A stretch of 64,000 nt of DNA from assembly GCA_946803585.1 (NCBI GenBank), contig CAMPEQ010000005.1:10517-74516 (forward strand). Reading direction: 5' to 3'. Of the stretch, positions 37,969 through 48,259 are shown piece after piece (position 1 is the first letter of the stretch; each line of letters opens with the position of its first letter). Made by a program: the position numbers and the translations under genes. The notes beneath the pieces are model-generated. The model was not told the origin of the DNA, did no database searches, and saw only the letters and a list, made by a program, of their open reading frames with translations. The stretch is from an uncultured Actinomycetes bacterium (GTDB lineage Bacteria; Actinomycetota; Actinomycetes; S36-B12; UBA10799).

Positions 37969-37989
37969 GCGATCCCGCTGACGAGGCGC

Positions 37990-38709
37990 TTACCGATCGT
38001 CAGCGGTTGCCTCATCTGGCAGGGTGCGAGCGTTGTACTCAACAAGTCGCCAGCTAGGCGTCGGCGGGACATCGGGGAACTGCGCGCTTGGTGCCGCAAC
38101 TACATCGGCCAATGACCCCGTCGAGGGAGTTGATCCTGGTAGCTGCGCTTCGCCTAGAACACACCAGGCGCAGTTCGTCAGGACCCCTAGAATCCCCCAG
38201 TGATCGGTTGGAAGGCCCAACATACTTCCGATCGCGGCGCGGGCAGAGCCCCCATGAGTGACGACCACGAGTACACCGTGGGCGGGCACATCGATCAAGG
38301 CGCGGTCAATTGCCGCTGTCATACGCGCGGCGACCTCGCTGCGACGTTCACCGCCACCGGGGGCAAGGTCAGACCCAGCAGCCCAAGCGGCGAGCTCGCC
38401 ACCGAAACGCTCTTCTAGTTCGCTTCTTCCCAGCCCCTCCCAAGCCCCGGCGTAGGTTTCTCTCAGCTCGGGATCAACCACCACATCGAGACCAGCCGCT
38501 TGGGCCAAGGCCTGGGCCGTCGACTGGGCCCGGACCAAATCGCTACTAACAATCTTCGACGGGTTCAGCTGAGCAAGCATTCCCGCCGCCAGTTCCGCCT
38601 GTTTTTGTCCTACCTCGTCCAGTGGAATGTCACTGTGACCCTGAAAGCGACGTTGGGCGTTCCACTCGGTGCGGCCATGCCGCCACAGAACGACTTTTCG
38701 AGCGGTCAG
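37990..38709 (-). CDS. Histidine phosphatase (phosphoglycerate-mutase-like) family protein; proposed CTG start
   Basis: The track ORF starts at ATG 38580, but the same frame is open up to 38718. The upstream part reads (L)TARKVVLWRHGRTEWNAQRRFQGHSDIPLDEVG, which is the catalytic RHG motif. The only plausible initiator is CTG 38709, preceded by AAGGAG with a 5-nt spacer and overlapping the rsfS TGA stop (CTGA). Confidence 0.75.
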   Translation of the reverse strand: MTARKVVLWRHGRTEWNAQRRFQGHSDIPLDEVGQKQAELAAGMLAQLNPSKIVSSDLVRAQSTAQALAQAAGLDVVVDPELRETYAGAWEGLGRSELEERFGGELAAWAAGSDLAPGGGERRSEVAARMTAAIDRALIDVPAHGVLVVVTHGGSARAAIGSMLGLPTDHWGILGVLTNCAWCVLGEAQLPGSTPSTGSLADVVAAPSAQFPDVPPTPSWRLVEYNARTLPDEATADDR

Positions 38710-39086
38710 GACGACTCCTTAGCCAGCGCCGGAAGAGCGATTTGCGGACAGTCACTCCACAAGCTCTCGAGGCGGTAGTAGTCCCTGGCATCTTTCAAGA
38801 ACGCGTGGACCACAACGTCCGGGAATCCGATGAGAACCCAGTCGTCGCCGCCAGAACCCTCTCGGTGCAACCGCTTATGCCCAGCCTCAATGAGCTTCTC
38901 CTCGACATTGTCAATCACCGCACGCAATTGCGGCTCGTTCTTCGCCGTGCAGATGACGAATACATCCGCGAATGGAAGATGGGAACTCACATCGATTGCG
39001 ACGACATTCGTCGCCAATTTGTCGACCGCAGCTTGTGCGGCGATGGCGGCACAGTCCTTGGCTTCTTGTGTTGCGGTCACGAGCAA
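38706..39086 (-). CDS. rsfS: Ribosome silencing factor RsfS (Iojap)
   Basis: 126 aa with the RsfS pattern ending ...ARDYYRLESLWSDCP. Conserved position downstream of nadD. Confidence 0.9.
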   Translation of the reverse strand: MLVTATQEAKDCAAIAAQAAVDKLATNVVAIDVSSHLPFADVFVICTAKNEPQLRAVIDNVEEKLIEAGHKRLHREGSGGDDWVLIGFPDVVVHAFLKDARDYYRLESLWSDCPQIALPALAKESS

Positions 39087-39147
39087 CCTCTCAGGCTAGG
39101 GAGCCACCCATCACTCTGGTGGCATATCGACATGCTACCCACGCAGC

Positions 39148-40377
39148 TTACGGAGTCTGCGGTGGAGAGGTTCCGGTTGTTCCTGACGGGCCTGTCGACG
39201 GCGGTGCCGTCAGCGGCGTGTCTGGTGCAAGCCGGATGGCAGCTTGCGCCCCGGCCGACTGCTCACTATTGACCACCACACTGTCCGCGGCAAGGCCTAA
39301 CAACTCGGCCAGCTCAGCTCCTAGTGCACGGGCCTGCTCCGACGGTACGTAGATCTTTGAGGAGGCCCGATCCTTCTTGGGTCCTCCCCACACCATCGTA
39401 AGGTCGTTGTCGGCGAGCAAGTCCTGGGTGGCCAGCACCGAGGTGTTGCTTACTCCAGCGGCGAATACCCGCACTCTGGGTAGAGCATCGTCGGTTCCCG
39501 GACGCAGAATCGAGTCCGCAAATAGCCGCTCGATCGTGGGCTGACTAGCGGCCGGCTCCAGCGTGTAGATCGCGTCTGCGGAGGTTCCGGCGACTGAAGT
39601 CGGGGCAGTACCGGCCTGGTTGACCTGCTCGGCTAAGGCGGTTTGCACGCCGAGGAGGATCTCTGCGCTCTCCTCTGCCGAGAGCGAAGTTCTCGACAGC
39701 GCACCGAGACTCCCGACGATACTTCGGACGCGGTCCACATTCGCAGGCAGCTTGAGAATGACTTGACGAAAGACCTCGTCGAAGCGCGCCATTCGCGCTT
39801 CTTGTGGCTCGCCTGGATTGAGGGTGATCACGTAGCTAGCAGCGCTGGGCCCAAACAACTTTGTCCTAGTTGGCTTAACCAACACGACCTGCTCGCCTTC
39901 GGCATCCTCCCCGAAGATTGGGGTTCCGCCAGCCACGGTAACTCCGCCGACCGCGTCGACCATTGCGGCGAAAGCCAGCCGGTCAAGAATCATCGCACCA
40001 TCCACCGCGATGCCAAACTGATTGGCCACATTGGAGTTGATATCGGCCGGGGCCGCCGGGCCACGATCGGCCAGGGTAAGGGTGCCGGCCGCATTGATAT
40101 CGACCGACAGCCCTGGCTGCACTGACAGCCAGCTCCCAGCAGGTGGCTGGTTAGGGGGAACTGTGCCGAGTACGACGGAATCGGCGATTAACCCCGTGTT
40201 GTCCCGGACCGCGAACAGCATCGTGTTCTGAACGGGACGTTGCGGTGTCGTACTAGTCGGGCTCGGGTCGGGATCGGGGTCAGGCGCTGGCGGTGTACTG
40301 CGAACGAGTACGGCGACTGCCACACTGACGATTACCAGGACGAGTAGTCCGATAATTATGACGAGTCGGCGACTCAC
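39148..40377 (-). CDS. LytR-CpsA-Psr (LCP)-like membrane protein with a LytR_C domain
   Basis: N-terminal TM and a PD-rich linker. An LCP-like core follows (NTMLFAVRD...FGIAVDGAMILDRLAFAAMVDAVGGVTV). A LytR_C-like C-terminus comes last (RVRVFAAGVSNTSVLATQDLL...). Confidence 0.6.
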   Translation of the reverse strand: MSRRLVIIIGLLVLVIVSVAVAVLVRSTPPAPDPDPDPSPTSTTPQRPVQNTMLFAVRDNTGLIADSVVLGTVPPNQPPAGSWLSVQPGLSVDINAAGTLTLADRGPAAPADINSNVANQFGIAVDGAMILDRLAFAAMVDAVGGVTVAGGTPIFGEDAEGEQVVLVKPTRTKLFGPSAASYVITLNPGEPQEARMARFDEVFRQVILKLPANVDRVRSIVGSLGALSRTSLSAEESAEILLGVQTALAEQVNQAGTAPTSVAGTSADAIYTLEPAASQPTIERLFADSILRPGTDDALPRVRVFAAGVSNTSVLATQDLLADNDLTMVWGGPKKDRASSKIYVPSEQARALGAELAELLGLAADSVVVNSEQSAGAQAAIRLAPDTPLTAPPSTGPSGTTGTSPPQTP

Positions 40378-41000
40378 CTAGTCACCAACCGATCGGGCTC
40401 CCGATCGAGATCCCGATAGAGCCCATGACCAGCGATGTAGTCCACAACGGCCGGCGGCGTTAACTCGGAAATCGATTCGTTCCGTCGTACCCGATCTCGC
40501 ACCATTGACGAGGAGACGTCGATCCCAGTGGTATCGATCTGCAGTACGGGGAACTCTGCGCGCAACGCAGCGCTAGTTTGGCTAGTTCCCGGCCGTGTCA
40601 CTGCAACGAATGTCGCTAACTCGGCCAACTGAGTGTGGTCCTTCCACGAGGTAATACCTGCGATCGCATCCGCGCCGGTAATGAAGAATAGTTCCGCATC
40701 GCCAAATTCGGGTAAGCGACGCAACGCAACGAGGGAGTCAATCGTATAAGTAGGTCCTGGTCGATCAATCTCCATCCGACTCACTACGAAGCGATCGTCA
40801 CCAACGATCGCGAGTTGAACCATTGTGTAGCGGTCCTCGCTACTCGCCTGGACATCCGTTTTGAGCCACGGCTGTCCGGCCGGCATAAAGACGACTTGGT
40901 CAAGGTCAAATTGGTCGGCCACAATCGTGGCGGCATTCAGGTGACCTACATGGATGGGGTCAAACGTCCCGCCGAATATCCCGATCCGTTGACCTGCCAC
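40374..41000 (-). CDS. nadD: Nicotinate-nucleotide adenylyltransferase
   Basis: GIFGGTFDPIHVGHL (the (H/T)xGH motif). 208 aa. Confidence 0.92.
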   Translation of the reverse strand: MAGQRIGIFGGTFDPIHVGHLNAATIVADQFDLDQVVFMPAGQPWLKTDVQASSEDRYTMVQLAIVGDDRFVVSRMEIDRPGPTYTIDSLVALRRLPEFGDAELFFITGADAIAGITSWKDHTQLAELATFVAVTRPGTSQTSAALRAEFPVLQIDTTGIDVSSSMVRDRVRRNESISELTPPAVVDYIAGHGLYRDLDREPDRLVTR

Positions 41001-41024
41001 GGGTAGCAGACTTCTGGCGCTGCG

Positions 41025-41207
41025 TTAGCGATCGATATTGAGGCGCGTCAGGGCAAAAATGGTCAGAGCAAAGAAAGCCAACGCCATTGCACCGTAACCG
41101 TATGGGCTGGCGTAGAAAGCCACGGCCTCCGGCACGGGGTCAAGCGCGCTGGCTCCACCGGGGTACCGACCATCGACGATCTCACTAGCAAGCAAGTTCA
41201 GGAACAT
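41025..41207 (-). CDS. Hypothetical small membrane protein
   Basis: 60-aa ORF with one C-terminal TM (YGAMALAFFALTIFALT). It fills the proA-nadD gap on the same strand. No family recognised. Confidence 0.3.
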   Translation of the reverse strand: MFLNLLASEIVDGRYPGGASALDPVPEAVAFYASPYGYGAMALAFFALTIFALTRLNIDR

Positions 41208-41231
41208 AGAGCAGACTCTAGCGGTGCCTGA

Positions 41232-42527
41232 CTAGGAACGCACATGACCATCGCCGGTTACGACGAATTTCGTTGTCGTAAGTTCCGATAAGCCCATCGG
41301 GCCGCGCGCGTGGAGCTTCTGGGTCGAGATCCCAATTTCCGCCCCGAATCCGAACTCAGCGCCGTCGGTGAACCTGCTCGAGGCGTTCACCATGATCGCA
41401 GCCGAGTCGACCTGCGCCGTGAACTGGTTGACCGCGCGCTCCGAATCGCTAACAATAACCTCGGTATGGCCAGTCGACCATTCCCGAATGTGCCCAATCG
41501 CATCCGAGAGCGAGTCAACCACGCCGATTGCCAAGTCGAGCGAATAGAACTCGGCCGCCCAGTCGCTCGGCGTGACCTCGACGATATGGTCACCGAAGCC
41601 AACTGCTGCCCGGTGCGATCGAGTCGCCGAATCTGCGTGCAGGGTTACGCCAGCATCCACGAGGGCCGGAATCGCCACGGCGAGGTACTCCGCTGCCACC
41701 TCGCGGTGGACCAGCACCGTCTCAGCGGCGTTACACACACTCGGTCGTTGCACCTTCGAGTTCAGAGTGATCTCGACGGCCGTCTGGATATCGGCGGCAG
41801 CATCGATATAGACGTGGCAGTTACCAACGCCGGTCTCAATGACGGGAACCGTCGCGTTCTGAATGACAGACTGGATGAGCTCGGCGCCGCCCCGAGGAAT
41901 GATGACATCGACCAGCCCGCGAGCAGTGAGCAACTCTTTGACTGAGTCGTGGCTAGTTCCGGGAACCAACGACACCGCTGCCGGTGGCACGTCGGTCGAG
42001 GCCAGCGCCGCTTGCATGACCTCCACCAGAATCGTGTTGGAATCGAAAGCGGAGGACGATCCGCGTAGGAGCGCTGAGTTCCCGCTCTTAAGTGCGAGAA
42101 CCGCTGCATCAACGGTGACGTTCGGGCGAGCCTCATAGATCATGCCGACAACCCCCATGGGGACCCGCAACTGGCGCACCTGTAGTCCGTTGGGGAGGCT
42201 GTAGCCCCGAACAACCTCGCCGACCGGATCGGGTAGGGCCGCGACATCGCGGGTGGCCTCGGCGATCGCGGCGATGCGCTCGCGGGTGAGCGTGAGCCGA
42301 TCGATCAGCGCTGCCGAAGTGCCATTGGCCTCGGCGCGAGCGATATCGCGTGAGTTAGCTGTGACGATCTCGGCGGTCCGTTCGACGAGTGCGTCGGCGA
42401 TCGCCAGCAACGCAGTGTCCTTTTGAGTACGTGTGAGCGGTCCGAGCGCCACGCTCGCGTCGCGAGCTGCTTGGGCGACAGAGGTAAAGTCGGGCCGGTC
42501 CGACTCAGCATTTCTGGAATCACTCAT
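41232..42527 (-). CDS. proA: Gamma-glutamyl phosphate reductase
   Basis: ALDH-fold protein with the catalytic Cys motif [11 protein letters not shown]. Start taken at ATG 42527, 19 nt after the proB stop. Confidence 0.95.
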   Translation of the reverse strand: MSDSRNAESDRPDFTSVAQAARDASVALGPLTRTQKDTALLAIADALVERTAEIVTANSRDIARAEANGTSAALIDRLTLTRERIAAIAEATRDVAALPDPVGEVVRGYSLPNGLQVRQLRVPMGVVGMIYEARPNVTVDAAVLALKSGNSALLRGSSSAFDSNTILVEVMQAALASTDVPPAAVSLVPGTSHDSVKELLTARGLVDVIIPRGGAELIQSVIQNATVPVIETGVGNCHVYIDAAADIQTAVEITLNSKVQRPSVCNAAETVLVHREVAAEYLAVAIPALVDAGVTLHADSATRSHRAAVGFGDHIVEVTPSDWAAEFYSLDLAIGVVDSLSDAIGHIREWSTGHTEVIVSDSERAVNQFTAQVDSAAIMVNASSRFTDGAEFGFGAEIGISTQKLHARGPMGLSELTTTKFVVTGDGHVRS

Positions 42528-42546
42528 GCGCCCTAGCTTACGTCGC

Positions 42547-43674
42547 TTAGATGAGGACGAGGTCGTCACGGTGTACGACTTCTCGGTCATACGCCGACCC
42601 AAGCGCGGCCGCCAACTCCGCCGTTCGGCGCCCGATCAAAGCTGGGAGTTCACTAGCGTCGAAACTGACGATTCCCCGAGCGATTACCGTTCCATCTGCC
42701 GCCGCGAGCTCCACTGGGTCCCCGGCCTCGAATGATCCGGTTACCTCGATAATCCCTGCTGGCAGCAGTGAGGCATTCCTGGACACAATTGCCAGGACTG
42801 CACCATCGTCTAAGACCAAACGCCCCACAACATCCGGGCCGTGTTTGAGCCACAACAGCCGCGTTGGCTGACGTCGGCCGGTCGGGTGAAAAACTGTTCC
42901 AACCGCTCCTCCCGCGACCGCGGTTCGAGCCAGCGCCGCAGAACTGAGAACGACGGGGATTCCGGCATCAGTCGCCAGCCGCGCGGCCTGCACCTTTGTC
43001 CGCATACCGCCGCTGCCGACCCGGCTGCCAGCACCACTGGTCGTGACGAGTTCGAGGTCGGAGGCATCGTGGACCTCGCGCACAGGTGAACTACTAGGTC
43101 GATCAGGCGGACCATCGTAGAGCGCATCAACATCGGAGAGCAGGACCAGTCCGTCGGCGTGAACTAAGTGAGCCACGAGAGCCGCAAGTCGATCGTTGTC
43201 ACCAAACTTGATCTCATCGGTTGCCACGGTGTCGTTCTCGTTGACGATTGGGACAACGCCGAGCTCAAGAAGGCGCTCGAGCGTCCGTTGGGCATTTCGG
43301 TAGTGAGCGCGTCGCCCAATATCGTCTGCGGATAGCAGAACCTGGCCGACGGTCAAGCCGTGCGCCGCGAACCTGCCTGAGTAAGCGGCCACCAGTTCGC
43401 CTTGGCCCACACTTGCGGCAGCTTGAGCAGTAGCGAGATCGGTCGGCCGCTTGACCAGGCCAAGGGGAGCCATACCGCTGGCGATCGCACCACTGGAGAC
43501 CAGGACAAGCTGCCGTCCAGCCAGGGCTGCGCTAGCGAGAACGTCGACGAGGTGGTGGACACGACTCAAATCGATTCGACCCTCGGAGGTGGTCAACGAC
43601 GATGAGCCGACCTTGACGACAAGCCGTTTTGCGTTGGCAATCTTGCCGCGCGGATCAGTCGGCTGGGTCACCAT
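42547..43674 (-). CDS. proB: Glutamate 5-kinase
   Basis: The [10 protein letters not shown] amino-acid-kinase N-terminus plus a C-terminal PUA domain. Start taken at ATG 43674, just after the obg stop. Confidence 0.95.
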   Translation of the reverse strand: MVTQPTDPRGKIANAKRLVVKVGSSSLTTSEGRIDLSRVHHLVDVLASAALAGRQLVLVSSGAIASGMAPLGLVKRPTDLATAQAAASVGQGELVAAYSGRFAAHGLTVGQVLLSADDIGRRAHYRNAQRTLERLLELGVVPIVNENDTVATDEIKFGDNDRLAALVAHLVHADGLVLLSDVDALYDGPPDRPSSSPVREVHDASDLELVTTSGAGSRVGSGGMRTKVQAARLATDAGIPVVLSSAALARTAVAGGAVGTVFHPTGRRQPTRLLWLKHGPDVVGRLVLDDGAVLAIVSRNASLLPAGIIEVTGSFEAGDPVELAAADGTVIARGIVSFDASELPALIGRRTAELAAALGSAYDREVVHRDDLVLI

Positions 43675-45026
43675 TCCTCCAAGCGAATGTCTTGCCCCCT
43701 CGGCGAAGCCGGTGCGGCATCCCCTGCTTGCACGCTTGGCTGCCAATCGAATACGACAGCGTCGTCTCGGTCACCGATGATCACGGTTGCGCCTGGCTGT
43801 GCGCCCTTCTTAAGGAGCTCGTCTTCCACCCCAAGCTTTGCTAGGCGGTCGGCAAGAAAGCCAACGGCCTCGTCATTGGAGAAGTCGGTTTGACGCACCC
43901 AACGAGCTGGCTTGTTGCCAATCACTCGGTACTCATCACCTTCGCGCTTTACGACGAAACTCGAATCGTCTACCGGAAGTGGTTTTACGACAACAGCAGC
44001 GAGCTCATCAGAGTCGGCCCGTTCCTCGCGAGTCGCGGCCACTACCTCGGCCATCGCAAAGCGCAAGCGGTCCAGACCGGTATGGGCAATAGTCGAGATC
44101 TTGAATACTGGCCACCCGCGCTCCGCGGCTTGTTCAGCGATCATATCGGCAAGCTCGTCGGCCTCCGGAACATCGATCTTGTTCAAAGCGACGAGGCGCG
44201 GACGGTCGGCGAGGCCGCCGTAGGCGGCAAGCTCAGCCTCGATGACGTCGATATCACTGAGCGGATCACGCCCCGGCTCAAGGGTTGCGCAATCGACAAC
44301 GTGGACGAGTGCAGCGCAGCGCTCCACATGGCGCAGGAACTCCAGGCCTAGGCCCTTACCTTCACTGGCTCCGGGAATCAGGCCCGGGACATCGGCCACG
44401 GTAAACACCGTCTCCCCCGCTTTGACCACTCCAAGGTTGGGAACGAGAGTGGTGAAGGGGTAGTCGGCGATCTTCGGGCGGGCAGCGCTCAACACCGAAA
44501 CGAGGCTGGATTTACCTGCCGAGGGGAACCCAACGAGCCCGATATCGGCGATGGTCTTCAGCTCAAGTACGACATCGGCGCTGGAACCCGGCTCACCTAG
44601 CAGAGCGAACCCAGGCGCCTTGCGCCGTTTGTTCGACAGCGCAGCATTACCGAGCCCACCGTGCCCGCCAGCGGCGACAACGAACCGAGTCCCTTGCCCG
44701 ATGAGATCGGCAATGAACTCGCCATCTTCGGTCGTAACGACGGTTCCGTCCGGGACGGTTACGAAGATGTCGCCCGCGTCCGATCCGGATCGATTCGATC
44801 CTTGACCGGGCTTTCCGCCGGCCGCGCGTCGGTGAGGCGAGCGATGAATGTCTAGCAGGCTGTTCGTTCCGTGATCAACTATCAGGACAACGTCGCCACC
44901 ACGGCCGCCGTTTCCGCCATCTGGACCACCGAGAGGTTTGAACTTCTCCCGGTGAACAGACGCGCAACCGTTGCCACCGTCACCAGCTACCGCGTGAAGA
45001 ATCGCACGATCGACGAAAGTAGTCAT
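43668..45026 (-). CDS. obgE: GTPase Obg/CgtA
   Basis: Obg fold ([18 protein letters not shown]) and G1 [13 protein letters not shown] 45026 has an AGGAG SD 5 nt upstream. Confidence 0.95.
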   Translation of the reverse strand: MTTFVDRAILHAVAGDGGNGCASVHREKFKPLGGPDGGNGGRGGDVVLIVDHGTNSLLDIHRSPHRRAAGGKPGQGSNRSGSDAGDIFVTVPDGTVVTTEDGEFIADLIGQGTRFVVAAGGHGGLGNAALSNKRRKAPGFALLGEPGSSADVVLELKTIADIGLVGFPSAGKSSLVSVLSAARPKIADYPFTTLVPNLGVVKAGETVFTVADVPGLIPGASEGKGLGLEFLRHVERCAALVHVVDCATLEPGRDPLSDIDVIEAELAAYGGLADRPRLVALNKIDVPEADELADMIAEQAAERGWPVFKISTIAHTGLDRLRFAMAEVVAATREERADSDELAAVVVKPLPVDDSSFVVKREGDEYRVIGNKPARWVRQTDFSNDEAVGFLADRLAKLGVEDELLKKGAQPGATVIIGDRDDAVVFDWQPSVQAGDAAPASPRGQDIRLEEW

Positions 45027-45077
45027 GAGCACTCCTAAAGAGTGATTCGAGTGCCCAGCAGAAGTTAGTGAGCGCTG

Positions 45078-45332
45078 TTAGGAAACTTCGATGATGTTGA
45101 CGACACGACGGCCACGGCGGGTGCCGAAGTCCACTGTGCCAGCCGACAGCGCGAACAGAGTGTCATCCTTACCGCGGCCAACATTCTCACCTGGGTGGAA
45201 GTGGGTTCCACGTTGACGAACGATGATCTCACCAGAGTTCACGAGCTGTCCGCCGAAGCGCTTCACACCGAGGCGCTGAGCGTTTGAATCGCGACCATTT
45301 CGGGTGCTAGCTGCACCTTTCTTATGTGCCAT
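45078..45332 (-). CDS. rpmA: 50S ribosomal protein L27
   Basis: [24 protein letters not shown], the canonical L27 N-terminus. Confidence 0.97.
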   Translation of the reverse strand: MAHKKGAASTRNGRDSNAQRLGVKRFGGQLVNSGEIIVRQRGTHFHPGENVGRGKDDTLFALSAGTVDFGTRRGRRVVNIIEVS

Positions 45333-45338
45333 GGCGGA

Positions 45339-45653
45339 CTACTTTCCGATCTCGATTGAGGTGACCTTGAGTTTGGTCAGAGCTTGGCGGTGTCCCTGGC
45401 GACGTCGGTAACCGGTCTTGTTCTTGAACTTACCGATGTCAATCTTCGGGCCTTTGGAATGCTCCACGATCTCGGCGGTCACATCGACCTTGCCCAGATC
45501 TGCGGTATCGGTTGTGACGGTCTCACCATCGACGAGTAGCACGGCGGGCAGCGAAATGGTTCCGCCTGGCTCGCCTGCAACACGGTCGGACGTGATGACA
45601 TCGCCAACAGCGACTTTCTCTTGACGGCCGCCGGAGCGCACGATCGCGTACAC
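45339..45653 (-). CDS. rplU: 50S ribosomal protein L21
   Basis: [14 protein letters not shown], the canonical L21 N-terminus. GTG start with an AAGGAG SD. Confidence 0.97.
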   Translation of the reverse strand: MYAIVRSGGRQEKVAVGDVITSDRVAGEPGGTISLPAVLLVDGETVTTDTADLGKVDVTAEIVEHSKGPKIDIGKFKNKTGYRRRQGHRQALTKLKVTSIEIGK

Positions 45654-45781
45654 AGGAACTCCTTGTGAAAAACATTGATTGGTCTGTTGAATGGTCTTGT
45701 GTGCGAATGACGCACTTGCGGCTAGGTGAACTTAGCGCTTAGCTATCGTACGCCATCGACCACCGAGACACCTAACAGCTA

Positions 45782-48259
45782 TCAGTTATCTACGTCTCCA
45801 TCAGAGTCAGTCACCAGATTAGGCGTCCCAGCATCGTCTGAAGCGGTAGCCAAATCCTGCCCCGCGTCTTCTCGTGCGTCATCTGAATCAGTGGCGATAT
45901 TGGCATCGTTGACCGCATCGGAGTCGGTCACTTCGGTTGAATCGGTTGAATCGGTTGACTCGTCTGAATCGGTCGATTCCCCGTCCTTACCCGTCTCGTC
46001 GGTGGCCGCTTCATCTTCCTGCACGGCCTTGACGACCGCTGGGGCCCCGGGAATCGGGCCGGCTGGCCGTCGCCGACGGCGCGGTGCGGGAGCTTCCGGA
46101 TCACCGCGATCCACCGGATCGGTCGAGACCTTTACCCCGCGACCGTTACAACAGTCGCACGGTTCACTAAAGGTCTCGAGTAGCCCTTGACCGACGCGTT
46201 TACGGGTCATCTGCACAAGTCCAAGCGAGGTAACCTCCGCAACCTGGTGCTTGGTCCGGTCCCGTCCGAGGCACTCCATCAGCCGACGTAGGACCAAATC
46301 ACGGTTACTCTCGAGCACCATATCGATGAAGTCGATAACAATGATCCCACCAACATCGCGCAGTCGAAGCTGTCGAACAACCTCCTCGGCAGCCTCAAGG
46401 TTGTTGCGAGTGACGGTCTCCTCAAGGTTTCCGCCCTGGCCGGTGAACTTCCCGGTATTGACGTCGATCACGGTCATTGCCTCGGTGTGATCGATAACCA
46501 GCGAGCCGCCGCTAGGGAGCCAGACTTTGCGGTCTAGTGCCTTTGCCAGTTGCTCATCGATGCGGTGCGCAGCGAAGACGTCCTCGTTCTTGGTCCAGCG
46601 CTTCACCCGATCGGAGAGGTCTGGGGCTACTGCCGAGACGTACTCCTCAATCGTTGACGTCGCGCTGTCCCCGGAGACGATCAGTGAGGCGAAGTCCTCG
46701 TTGAAGCTATCCCGGACCACTCGGGTCGCCAGATCTGGCTCGCCATGGAGTAGCTCTGGGGCCTTAACGGAGTCAACCTTCGCTTGGAGCGCATCCCACT
46801 GACCCGTGAGGCGAGAAATATCGTGGGTGAGCTGATCCTCCGTCGCCCCCTCGGCCGCAGTACGGACGATGACGCCTGAACCAGATGGCAAGGCGTCCTT
46901 CAGGAGCCGCTTGAGCCGACTACGTTCTTTATCGGGTAGCCGTCGACTGATACCAGTCATCGACCCACCCGGGACGTAGACCAAGTAGCGCCCGGGCAGC
47001 GAGATTTGGCTCGTGAGCCGCGCTCCCTTGTGACCGACTGGATCCTTGGTCACCTGAACCAAGACCGGATCACCGGACTTCAGCGCGAGTTCGATTCGCT
47101 TTGGCTGGCCGACTAGACCGGCCGCGTCCCAGTTGACTTCACCGGCATACAGGACCGCATTACGGCCGCGACCGATATCAACAAACGCCGCCTCCATGGA
47201 GGGAAGGACGTTCTGCACTCGACCGAGATAGACATTACCAACCATCGAGGTTGATGCCGATCGATTCACATAGTGCTCCGCGAGCACGTTGTCTTCTAGG
47301 ACCGCAATCTGAGTTCGCTGCGCTTGCTGACGCACCACCATCACGCGCTCGACGCTCTCGCGGCGGGCTAGGAATTCGGCTTCAGTCAGGATTGGCGCTC
47401 GACGGCGACCAGCTTCGCGACCCTCACGCCGACGCTGCTTCTTAGCCTCTAGCCGCGTTGATCCTCGGACGCTCGTAACCTGGTCGTTCGAAGATCGGCC
47501 CTGTCGAACATGCGTCACGGTATTCGGCGGATCATCTTCTCCTGAACCGCCGGATCCGCCGGAAGTACGTCGGCGACGTCGACGGCGGCGCGTGTTTCCT
47601 GAGTCAGACGAGGACCCGTCACCCGCGTCATCCTGGTCACTGTCGTTGTCGTTGGAGCCATCATCGCTGGCGCCATCCGTGCTGTCATCATCGGGATTGT
47701 TCGAACTGTCGCCAGCCTCGCCCTCGCCCGCTGGCTTCTTACGGCGACGACCACCGCGACGGCGGCGACGTTTGGGTGCCCCATCGCCCGTTGAGTCGTC
47801 ACCATCATTGCTATCGGAACTTGGCCCGCTATTCGAATCTGAGCTATCCGCGTCTGAGTTGTCAGACTTTTGGGATTTGTCGGATCTTTCGGATTTGTCA
47901 GACTCTGCGGACTCGCCCGATGGCCGAGCAGCGTTATCCCTCTTGGCCTTTGCCGGTAGCGCGGGTACCTCGGCAGGAGGCTGGAACAGTGCAGCAGCCG
48001 TAGCGGGCTTTGAGGTCTTTGCTTTTGCCGACTCAGGAGCGGCGTCAGTCTTCGAATCGTCGCTCTCGGAGGGCTTGGGCGCGCTAAAGGCCGCATTCAG
48101 CGCTGCCGGTGCTCCGGCAGGTCTCGATGCCGCGCGCCGTCGGCGTTTGGGAGCCGCCGCACCTTCACTGTCCGTCGAATCCGCAGGAGCGGACTCAACG
48201 TTGCTGGTGTCGTTCTCAGCATCGCTTGACGCACTTACGTTGTTGTCTTCATCGAGCAC
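45782..48259 (-). CDS. rne: Ribonuclease E/G with long low-complexity N- and C-terminal extensions
   Basis: S1 domain (GNVYLGRVQNVLPSMEAAFVDIG) and the catalytic core (VIDFIDM, zinc-link CDCCNGRG). The ~290-aa N-terminal region is rich in D/S/R/G. The C-terminal tail is acidic and TDS-rich. Confidence 0.9.
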   Translation of the reverse strand: MLDEDNNVSASSDAENDTSNVESAPADSTDSEGAAAPKRRRRAASRPAGAPAALNAAFSAPKPSESDDSKTDAAPESAKAKTSKPATAAALFQPPAEVPALPAKAKRDNAARPSGESAESDKSERSDKSQKSDNSDADSSDSNSGPSSDSNDGDDSTGDGAPKRRRRRGGRRRKKPAGEGEAGDSSNNPDDDSTDGASDDGSNDNDSDQDDAGDGSSSDSGNTRRRRRRRRTSGGSGGSGEDDPPNTVTHVRQGRSSNDQVTSVRGSTRLEAKKQRRREGREAGRRRAPILTEAEFLARRESVERVMVVRQQAQRTQIAVLEDNVLAEHYVNRSASTSMVGNVYLGRVQNVLPSMEAAFVDIGRGRNAVLYAGEVNWDAAGLVGQPKRIELALKSGDPVLVQVTKDPVGHKGARLTSQISLPGRYLVYVPGGSMTGISRRLPDKERSRLKRLLKDALPSGSGVIVRTAAEGATEDQLTHDISRLTGQWDALQAKVDSVKAPELLHGEPDLATRVVRDSFNEDFASLIVSGDSATSTIEEYVSAVAPDLSDRVKRWTKNEDVFAAHRIDEQLAKALDRKVWLPSGGSLVIDHTEAMTVIDVNTGKFTGQGGNLEETVTRNNLEAAEEVVRQLRLRDVGGIIVIDFIDMVLESNRDLVLRRLMECLGRDRTKHQVAEVTSLGLVQMTRKRVGQGLLETFSEPCDCCNGRGVKVSTDPVDRGDPEAPAPRRRRRPAGPIPGAPAVVKAVQEDEAATDETGKDGESTDSDESTDSTDSTEVTDSDAVNDANIATDSDDAREDAGQDLATASDDAGTPNLVTDSDGDVDN
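45925..45978 (-). repeat. In-frame 9-nt tandem repeat (about 6 units, plus-strand unit cggttgaat) in the rne 3' coding region
   Basis: Units read cggtcactt / cggttgaat / cggttgaat / cggttgact / cgtctgaat / cggtcgatt. They encode ...ESTDSDESTDSTDSTEVTD on the minus strand. Confidence 0.6.

Noticed and set aside
45925-45978. Short tandem repeats here and at about 47830-47900, considered as a possible CRISPR or other non-coding repeat array
   Set aside because: The units are 9 nt or irregular, with no spacers of unique sequence. They are in frame within rne, so they are coding low-complexity repeats and not CRISPR.
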